This document shows positions 25,538-32,000 of a stretch of DNA of 32,000 nucleotides, piece by piece (position 1 is the stretch's first letter; every line of letters begins with the position of its first letter). Made by a program: the position numbers and the translations under genes. Below the pieces are notes generated by a model. That model had not been told where the DNA came from, did no database searches, and worked only from the letters and a program-made list of their open reading frames with translations. This stretch comes from Pseudoalteromonas translucida KMM 520. GTDB lineage: Bacteria; Pseudomonadota; Gammaproteobacteria; Enterobacterales; Alteromonadaceae. The stretch is from positions 540,001 to 572,000 of the forward strand of contig NZ_CP011035.1 of NCBI RefSeq assembly GCF_001465295.1, written 5' to 3'.

Positions 25538-26077
25538 ATGACAATGTTTAAATTATTTATAACCAGCGTATTGCTGCTATTTTGTAGTGTATTGCAAGCA
25601 AACACGGCATCGCAGGTACATACCGCATTAAAGGCAGATACAGTAACGGGTGAGTTTAAACAATATAAACAACTTGCTGGTTTTGCATCGCCATTTGTCT
25701 CCTCTGGGGTATTTTCTCTAAATACCCAAAAGCTAGTATGGCAGGTCGAACAACCGGTAAAAAACACATTGATTGTAGAAAATGGCCAGGTACTGATTGA
25801 AAATGCTAAAGGGGAGTTTGTACCACAGCCAGGTAGTGAGCAGTTTGTAGGGCTTTTAACTGACTTACTCAGTGTAGATATGAGCGCCCTTGCAACACGT
25901 TTTAGTATAAAAACGCAAAACAATTGCCTGCAACTAACCCCAAAAGAAGCGCTGTTACGGCAATTATTTAGCCATTTCACTTTGTGTGAAAGTAACAAAA
26001 CGGTACACAGCATCATCCTTTATGAGCATTCAGGCAGTAAAACAACTATAGAGTTTAGTTATCCTGAGCAGCCTTAA
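25538..26077 (+). CDS. LolA-like outer-membrane lipoprotein carrier family protein (ApeL equivalent)
   Basis: 179 aa with a signal peptide (MTMFKLFITSVLLLFCSVLQA) and a strong SD (AAAGGAGAAGG). The position matches the LolA-like gene of APE clusters. Confidence 0.65.
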   Translation: MTMFKLFITSVLLLFCSVLQANTASQVHTALKADTVTGEFKQYKQLAGFASPFVSSGVFSLNTQKLVWQVEQPVKNTLIVENGQVLIENAKGEFVPQPGSEQFVGLLTDLLSVDMSALATRFSIKTQNNCLQLTPKEALLRQLFSHFTLCESNKTVHSIILYEHSGSKTTIEFSYPEQP

Positions 26078-26117
26078 CGGCTCAATCGTTTAAATAGTTA
26101 ATTAATGGAATAGTGGA

Positions 26118-28379
26118 TTGAAAAAACGAATTGGCATTGTTTTTATCTGGTTTAGTGGTTTGGTTTTGCTTTTAACCAGCATATTTTGGCTGACTAAACC
26201 TACATTTAGTGCTGATATGTTTAGTTTGCTGCCAAAGTCGCATTCTCAATTAGCTTATGGCGAACAGCTGTTTTTTGAAAACAATGCCGACCGTGTGGTG
26301 TTTTCATTTGCTGGTGAGCAAAAAAATAACGCCCACGATGAATTTAACAATTGGCTTGAGCAGCAAGGTATAACAAGCACGTTTAATTTTCCCTCTATAA
26401 ACGCCTTAACAACCACATTTGCACCCTATAAATATGCATTATTAAGTGAGCCTTACAAACAACAAATAGCAGATAAAGCCAGTTTTGAGCAGTTTTACCT
26501 GCAGCAGTTAAATCAGTTAGGCTCGCCATTTGTCAGTGCTACATTAAGTACTGATATTAGTTTAAGTTTAGCCGGTTTTATTAGCGAAAACTTAAGCCAA
26601 AGCCAAATTTTTACTATTAAGCAAAACCGCCTCACTCGCCAGTATGAGGGCGTTGAATATGCAATGCTTTTTGCCACACTGCCAGAGCCAAACTTAGGCA
26701 TTAATAGTGCAATTAGTTTAGCTGCTAAAATTAAAACGCAAATAAACACCCTAAGTAAAGCGTACCCAAATACCACTATTTCTTATTCAGGGGTGCTGTT
26801 TCATACGGCTGAAAATGCCCGACAAGCAAAATACGAAATGAGTTTGTTTGGTGGCATAAGTCTAATGGCACTAATGGTTATGGTGTTTTGGGTATTTAGG
26901 GCGCTTAGCAGTATTTTATTAGCGAGCTTTACAGTGCTTAGCGCATTAATGGGCGGCACTATTGCTATGTTATTGGTGTTTAACAGCATTCATTTATTAA
27001 CCTTGGTATTTGCCGTAACCTTAATAGGTATTGCTATTGATTACGCCTTTCATGGCATGACCGACTTAGCTAAAGTAGCAAATGAAACTGCACAGCAAGC
27101 CTCTTCTAACGGCTATAGCAAAGGGGTGAAGTCTGCTTTATTACTCTCCTTTATTACTACCGCATTAGGCTACAGCTGCTTATTAGGTGCGCCGTTAACC
27201 TTATTAGCGCAAGTGGCAGTGTTTGTTATAGCGGGCTTATTTAGTGCATGGTTGTTTACTGTGCTAATTTTACCATTTTGGCAGCAAACACTGCGCGTAT
27301 CGGCGTCAAGTTTATTACTTAGTAAAAAAATAACGCGGGTGTTTTTGTACTGTAATAAAATAAAAAAACCACTGTTTATTGTGCTAAGTGTAGTACTTGC
27401 AAGCTTATTGCTATTAAAACCGATTGAGTTTAATGATGACATTAGATTGCTTAATGGCAGCTCTGAGCAGCTAATGGCAAATGAAAAAAAACATTTAACT
27501 TTACTGGATCAATGGCGCAGCCACATAGTATTTATTATTGGTGACAATGCACAGCAGGTGTTACAAAAACAACAGCGGCTAGTCAGCAATTTAACCGCGA
27601 ATAACCCGCATATTAAACACAATGCCATTAACCGATGGCTGCCTAGTATTGAGCAGCAAAAAAATAATTTAGCGGTGTTTAATCAAGCTAAAAAAAGTGG
27701 TGTGTTTGCACTAAGCGAGCAATTAACTGGGCAGCAGTTAAGTAGCGCCCCCACGCAATTTATTACCTATAACGCATTATTAAATAGCGAATTTAAACCC
27801 TTATTGTTAGCGCAAATACATGTTGAACCGCAGCAAGCCATAACCTGGATGACAATAACTAATATTAATACACAGAGCTTAAGCGCCGCGCTTTTAAAAG
27901 ATGATGGCTTATTGCTATATAATAAACCGCAGCAAATTAGTGCGTTATTAAGTGATTACCGAGCATACTTATTGTTAAGTTTAGTGTTTGCAGGGGCCAT
28001 TAGTTGGTTACTTTTCAGTTGGCGTTTTGGCGTTAAAATTGCCACTTTACAACTGTTAAGTTTGTTATTAGTGGTTGTTAGCATGCTGTGGGTGTGTAAC
28101 GCAATTCAAGGCAGCCTGTCGTTATTTAATATGTTGGGCGCGTTGCTAGTGGTAGCCTTAGCTATTGACTACCTTGTTTTTTATCAAATTAATAAGTTAC
28201 AGCCAAAAAATATATTGGCAATTAGTTTATCAGCAGCGTCTTCTATGTGGGTGTTTGGTATGTTAAGTGCCTCAAGCACCCCTGCTATTTTTAGTTTTGG
28301 ACTTACCGTCATGGTAGGGATTTTAGCGGTATATATTTTATCGCCGCTGAGTGTATTACCCTCGCAAAAGGAAGGATAA
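26118..28379 (+). CDS. MMPL/RND-superfamily exporter (ApeM equivalent)
   Basis: 753 aa. It has two 5-6-helix hydrophobic bundles (about residues 240-390 and 630-750) separated by soluble loops. A TTG start is needed to retain the N-terminal TM helix. Confidence 0.8.
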   Translation: MKKRIGIVFIWFSGLVLLLTSIFWLTKPTFSADMFSLLPKSHSQLAYGEQLFFENNADRVVFSFAGEQKNNAHDEFNNWLEQQGITSTFNFPSINALTTTFAPYKYALLSEPYKQQIADKASFEQFYLQQLNQLGSPFVSATLSTDISLSLAGFISENLSQSQIFTIKQNRLTRQYEGVEYAMLFATLPEPNLGINSAISLAAKIKTQINTLSKAYPNTTISYSGVLFHTAENARQAKYEMSLFGGISLMALMVMVFWVFRALSSILLASFTVLSALMGGTIAMLLVFNSIHLLTLVFAVTLIGIAIDYAFHGMTDLAKVANETAQQASSNGYSKGVKSALLLSFITTALGYSCLLGAPLTLLAQVAVFVIAGLFSAWLFTVLILPFWQQTLRVSASSLLLSKKITRVFLYCNKIKKPLFIVLSVVLASLLLLKPIEFNDDIRLLNGSSEQLMANEKKHLTLLDQWRSHIVFIIGDNAQQVLQKQQRLVSNLTANNPHIKHNAINRWLPSIEQQKNNLAVFNQAKKSGVFALSEQLTGQQLSSAPTQFITYNALLNSEFKPLLLAQIHVEPQQAITWMTITNINTQSLSAALLKDDGLLLYNKPQQISALLSDYRAYLLLSLVFAGAISWLLFSWRFGVKIATLQLLSLLLVVVSMLWVCNAIQGSLSLFNMLGALLVVALAIDYLVFYQINKLQPKNILAISLSAASSMWVFGMLSASSTPAIFSFGLTVMVGILAVYILSPLSVLPSQKEG

Positions 28380-28380
28380 A

Positions 28381-29661
28381 GTGAATAACCCTGAGCTGTT
28401 TGATGTTGTTGTAATTGGTGCGGGCCCCTCTGGCGCACTAGCAAGTAGCCTTTTAGTGCAAAAAGGCTGGCGAGTATTAGTACTTGAGCAGCAGGTTTTT
28501 CCGCGTTTTACTATAGGTGAGAGCTTGTTACCGCAATGTATGGAGTATTTGGCCGACGCTAATTTAGTCGCTCCATTGCATGAACACGCTGCAAGTTTAG
28601 GGTTTCAGTTTAAAAACGGCGCTGCGTTTCATCGAGCGGGGGAAAATACCGCGATTAATTTTACCGAAAAGTCATCTCCTGGCCCGGGTACCACTTATCA
28701 AGTGAAAAGAGGGCTGTTTGATAAATTACTCGCCGATAATGCACAGCTGCAAGGGGCTGTTATTCGTTATCAGCACAGTGTTAAAGACTACAAGGTTACT
28801 GATTCTTTAGAAAATAATACCAATAAAGATAGTGGCGATAAAAACGGTGGCGCAACCTTATTAGTACACGACGCGCAGCAACAGCCTTACCAAGTTCAAG
28901 CACGCTTTGTGTTAGATGCCAGCGGCTTTGGCCGAGTATTACCTAAACTACTAAACTTAGAGCTACCCTCTAACTTTCCGGTACGCAGTGCTTACTTTAG
29001 CCACTTTGTAGATAATATTAGCGATGAAAATTTTGATCGTAATAAAATACTCATTACCGTACACCCAGAGCACCGAGATATATGGTATTGGCTAATTCCC
29101 TTTAGTGATGGTACCGCAAGTATTGGTGTTGTAGCAGAGTCTGAGCGTTTTAATGACGATGAAGCAGAGGTAATGTTAAATCGCTTTTTAGAGCAAGATC
29201 CACATTTAAAAGCACTGCTAGCTAAACGCGAATTAATTGGGCCAGCTCGCAGCATAACAGGCTACTCCTCTAATGTGAGTAAGTTGTATGGGCAGCATTT
29301 TGCGTTATTAGGCAATGCGGGAGAGTTTTTAGATCCGGTGTTTTCATCAGGAGTAACCATTGCGCTTAAGTCAGCAAGTTTAATTGCACCTTTGGTCGAT
29401 CAGTATTTAAAAGGTGAGACGATTGACTTTGAGCAGCATTATGCAAAACCGCTACAAGCGGGAGTTAACTGTTTTAGAACTTTTGTTACAGGCTGGTACG
29501 ATACGCGCTTTCAAGACGTCATATTTCATACAGAGCAAAACAAGCAAGTGCGAGAAATGATCAGTGCAATTTTAGCCGGATACGCATGGGACACAAGTAA
29601 CCCATTTGTTGCAGAAAGTGAGCGCCGCTTAAATGTGCTAGCTCAGCTGTGCAGAACCTAA
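28381..29661 (+). CDS. FAD-dependent oxidoreductase with flavin-dependent halogenase signatures
   Basis: GTG at 28381 follows AAGGAAGGA and is preferred to the overlapping ATG at 28351. The motifs are GxGxxG (VIGAGPSGA), TIGESLLP, Lys in FQFKNGAAF, WxWxIP (WYWLIP) and FLDPVFSSG. Confidence 0.75.
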   Translation: MNNPELFDVVVIGAGPSGALASSLLVQKGWRVLVLEQQVFPRFTIGESLLPQCMEYLADANLVAPLHEHAASLGFQFKNGAAFHRAGENTAINFTEKSSPGPGTTYQVKRGLFDKLLADNAQLQGAVIRYQHSVKDYKVTDSLENNTNKDSGDKNGGATLLVHDAQQQPYQVQARFVLDASGFGRVLPKLLNLELPSNFPVRSAYFSHFVDNISDENFDRNKILITVHPEHRDIWYWLIPFSDGTASIGVVAESERFNDDEAEVMLNRFLEQDPHLKALLAKRELIGPARSITGYSSNVSKLYGQHFALLGNAGEFLDPVFSSGVTIALKSASLIAPLVDQYLKGETIDFEQHYAKPLQAGVNCFRTFVTGWYDTRFQDVIFHTEQNKQVREMISAILAGYAWDTSNPFVAESERRLNVLAQLCRT

Positions 29662-29706
29662 TATGCCGAAATTAATATGTTGAAACTAATATGCTTAAAC
29701 TAATAC
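29659..29706 (+). repeat. 14-bp imperfect tandem repeat (TAATATGYYGAAAY) x3.4 spanning the start of the DUF3261-like gene
   Basis: The units are 29659-29672, 29673-29686 and 29687-29700, plus a partial one. Each unit carries an ATG (29663, 29677, 29691), each in a different frame. Confidence 0.85.
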
Positions 29707-30251
29707 TCCAGCGTGCTTTGATATTGCTAACCTGCATAGTGCTGTCAGCCTGTGCAAGTCAGTTTAGCTCCAGTGCAGCTATTAGCATAGCGCCTGCGGC
29801 TAGCTTAAATTTAAATAGTATGGCGCCATCAATGTTTGGCCGCTCTTGGCAGCAAGTGTTATTTATTACCACTGGGCAAGAGCAGCATACCTTGTTATCG
29901 CAATTGGCGGTTAATGAGGCGGGCGGGGTTAAGCTGCTGATGATGACTAGCCAAGGCTTTCCGATTGTTGAGCTTGAAAAGCTACCAAAAGAGCCAATTA
30001 AAGCTAAAAAAATGCTTGTAGGCGTCGATATAAACCCAGCTTATGTACTGGCCGATATTGCCTTAGTCCATTGGCCTGTCGCGTTTATAAATGAGCAGCT
30101 GAGCGGCGCATTGGTGGAACAAGTAGGCACACACAGGCAGGTGCTGCAAAATCATAAAACCCTGATCACCATTGACTATAACCACGATGCAATTACGCTG
30201 CATAATATTGTTCGTGATTATAAAATAATATTTAAAAAGGTAACTCAGTGA
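29691..30251 (+). CDS. Lipoprotein (DUF3261-like, ApeN equivalent)
   Basis: 186 aa with a signal peptide and lipobox LSAC. The position between the exporter and the KS matches APE clusters. Confidence 0.65.
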   Translation: MLKLILQRALILLTCIVLSACASQFSSSAAISIAPAASLNLNSMAPSMFGRSWQQVLFITTGQEQHTLLSQLAVNEAGGVKLLMMTSQGFPIVELEKLPKEPIKAKKMLVGVDINPAYVLADIALVHWPVAFINEQLSGALVEQVGTHRQVLQNHKTLITIDYNHDAITLHNIVRDYKIIFKKVTQ

Positions 30252-31420
30252 CATATTGGCTAAATAACTTAGGTATTGTTAGTGCGATGGGAGTAGGCCA
30301 GCAGGCAACGCTCGATAGCTTAAACAGTTATAACTCTGCAACGCCTATATTAACTATAAATTCTACACTTAGCGCGCAACAACAGCCGTTATATGTTGGC
30401 CAAGTAACCTCGGTTGCGTTGGCGCAAAAAAAACGTATAAATACCTTTATTGATATGTGCTTAGCGCAAGTACAAACTACTATTGAGCAGTTTTCGCATA
30501 TCGATAAATCGCGTATTGCGGTGGTGTTAGGCACGAGTACTTCGGGTATTGCAGATGGTGAACGGGCTCGTGCTCATTTTGAACACACAGCGCAATGGCC
30601 CAATGACTTTCATTATTATGAGCAAGAACTTGCTACCCCAGCACACTATATTGCGCAAAAACTTGATGCGCAGGGACCCTGTTATAGTATTTCTACGGCT
30701 TGTACATCAAGCGCAAAAGCATTACTAAGTGCCCGCGCACTGCTAAAAGCCGATATGGCGGATGTTGTTATATGCGGTGGCGTCGACACCCTATGCCAAC
30801 TTACTCTCAATGGTTTTGATTCGTTAGCGTCGTTAAGTACTGGAGTTTGCCAGCCGTTTTCAAGTAACCGAGATGGCATTAATATTGGTGAAGGCGCAGC
30901 ATTATTTGTAATGAGTAAAGGCGTAAGCGCAATTACAGATACAGCAATTGCGCTGTACGGTGGCGGCGAAAGCTCTGATGCACATCATATTTCAGCACCC
31001 GATCCTAATGGTATGGGCGCGCAATCTGCAATGCAAAAAGCACTAAAACAAGCGCAATTAGCTGCCCATGAAATTGACTACATCAATGCACACGGTACCG
31101 CAACGCTAAAAAATGATGAAATGGAGGCACTTGCAATTAATCGTGTGTTTGGCAACAATACGCCACTGAGCTCAAGCAAACACTTAACTGGGCATACCCT
31201 AGGAGCTGCAGGCGCAATTGAAGCCGCGCTATGCTGGCTACTTTTAAAAGGGCAAGGCCAGTATGCATTGCCCTATAACGTATTATCAACAGGCGGTAAC
31301 TTGGCCGATGTAAAAGTAATAAAACAAGCATTTAAGCCCAAATTGCGTTACTGCTTGTCAAACTCATTTGCCTTTGGTGGCAATAACGCTAGTTTAGTTT
31401 TAGGTATTGCCAATGAATGA
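30248..31420 (+). CDS. Beta-ketoacyl-ACP synthase (KAS I/II type, ApeO equivalent)
   Basis: 390 aa with a GTG start (GTGA overlap). The active site consists of Cys in STACTSS, His in NAHGTAT and His in LTGHTLGAAG. Confidence 0.9.
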   Translation: MTYWLNNLGIVSAMGVGQQATLDSLNSYNSATPILTINSTLSAQQQPLYVGQVTSVALAQKKRINTFIDMCLAQVQTTIEQFSHIDKSRIAVVLGTSTSGIADGERARAHFEHTAQWPNDFHYYEQELATPAHYIAQKLDAQGPCYSISTACTSSAKALLSARALLKADMADVVICGGVDTLCQLTLNGFDSLASLSTGVCQPFSSNRDGINIGEGAALFVMSKGVSAITDTAIALYGGGESSDAHHISAPDPNGMGAQSAMQKALKQAQLAAHEIDYINAHGTATLKNDEMEALAINRVFGNNTPLSSSKHLTGHTLGAAGAIEAALCWLLLKGQGQYALPYNVLSTGGNLADVKVIKQAFKPKLRYCLSNSFAFGGNNASLVLGIANE

Positions 31421-31883
31421 GCTGAGCAGTAATCATTACGCAATTGAGCAGTTGCTTGCCCACGACGCACCAATGATTTTAATTGACACTTTAACGCATT
31501 ATAGCGCCGAGAGTGCGCGTTGCCAGGTAACAATTACACCACAAAGTGCATTTTATAACGCCGATATTGCCGGTGTACCCAGTTACATTGGGGTTGAGTA
31601 CATGGCGCAGTCAATAGCCGCTTACGCAGGCGCATTAGCAAACGATGCAAATGAGTCACCTAAAATAGGTTTTTTAATTGGTACGCGTAAATATCAAACC
31701 CATCAAGCGTGTTTTAAAGTTAATAGTAACTTAACCATTAAAGTGCATAAACTGTATCAAGAAGAGTCTGGGTTGAGTGTGTTTGAATGCCAAATAAACC
31801 ACGGCGATACATTAGTATGTGAAGCAAAAATTAATGTTTTTCAGCCCGAAAATCCGCTGGAATTTATAAGAGAAAATCAATGA
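31407..31883 (+). CDS. Hotdog-fold (FabA/FabZ-like) dehydratase (ApeP equivalent)
   Basis: 158 aa that overlaps the KS gene by 14 nt. A hotdog core is present (GVEYMAQSIAAYAG...FLIGTRKY). Confidence 0.7.
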   Translation: MPMNELSSNHYAIEQLLAHDAPMILIDTLTHYSAESARCQVTITPQSAFYNADIAGVPSYIGVEYMAQSIAAYAGALANDANESPKIGFLIGTRKYQTHQACFKVNSNLTIKVHKLYQEESGLSVFECQINHGDTLVCEAKINVFQPENPLEFIRENQ

Positions 31884-31927
31884 CAAAACGAATTTTAGTC
31901 ACAGGTTCAAGCCGTGGCATAGGCTAA
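31880..31927 (+). pseudogene. Truncated 3-oxoacyl-ACP reductase (SDR, ApeQ/FabG-like): only 15 codons, MTKRILVTGSSRGIG-stop
   Basis: The ATG overlaps the upstream stop (ATGA). It encodes exactly the SDR TGxxxGIG Rossmann opening, then TAA at 31925-31927. The following sequence is a hairpin and is non-coding in all continuations. Confidence 0.7.
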
Positions 31928-31959
31928 CACCACTCGTTTAAGAACGAGTGGTGTTTTTT
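31927..31959 (+). terminator. Strong rho-independent terminator immediately after the truncated reductase
   Basis: 12-bp perfect stem acaccactcgtt pairs with aacgagtggtgt with a TAAG loop, followed by a T-run (31955-31959). Confidence 0.85.
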
Positions 31960-32000
31960 CGTTTATACCTAACCGGATATTTTTGTGTCTTTGCGAGCAC

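Noticed and set aside
25486-26016. 176-aa minus-strand ORF, the longest antisense ORF in the track
   Set aside because: It lies entirely opposite the LolA-like gene. That gene has a strong SD, a signal peptide and the expected synteny. The antisense product is low-complexity (Cys/Ser/Thr/Asn-rich) and has no start context, so it is a shadow ORF.
28351-28380. ATG at 28351 as the start of the halogenase-like gene
   Set aside because: It overlaps the MMPL gene by 29 nt and adds 10 residues ahead of the GxGxxG fold. GTG at 28381 follows a strong AAGGAAGGA SD directly after the upstream stop.
1-32000. Scan for CRISPR arrays, tRNA/rRNA genes, IS elements with terminal inverted repeats, integrases, toxin-antitoxin pairs and known riboswitches
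   Set aside because: I could see by eye no spaced direct-repeat arrays, no tRNA-like T-arm/anticodon architecture, no transposase or integrase-like ORFs and no recognisable riboswitch cores. A covariance-model scan (tRNAscan-SE/Infernal) would be needed to be definitive.

Overview
AT-rich (~40% GC by eye) chromosomal segment of a marine gammaproteobacterium. Protein sequences and gene content look Pseudoalteromonas/Alteromonadales-like, but this is an inference with no database search. From 5' to 3': the tail of an RND efflux operon (pump C-terminus, NodT-type outer-membrane lipoprotein, co-oriented MDR oxidoreductase); fadE; an APH-fold kinase; upp-uraA; a P-loop kinase; a cytochrome b562-like/OsmC pair; a frameshifted type-B ribosomal protein L36 remnant that is absent from the ORF track; a small acidic orphan; three tandem cspA-family genes in ~400-bp repeat units; and a UvrB-binding-domain-less UvrA paralog downstream of an unknown 217-aa gene whose promoter carries a perfect LexA SOS box, divergent from a DapA-family gene. 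From 17.5 kb to the window end lies a ~14.4-kb translationally coupled operon syntenic with aryl-polyene (APE) clusters (apeC to apeQ order). It carries three extra genes: an LpxL-like acyltransferase, an MIO aromatic ammonia-lyase and a flavin-dependent halogenase-like enzyme. No methyltransferase is present. Its ketoreductase gene is cut off after 15 codons by a stop and a perfect terminator hairpin. I found no tRNA, rRNA, CRISPR array, IS element or integrase. The most interesting items are the SOS-boxed unknown/UvrA2 pair, the variant and truncated APE cluster, and the L36 pseudogene. All functional calls rest on motif recognition by eye and remembered family sequences.
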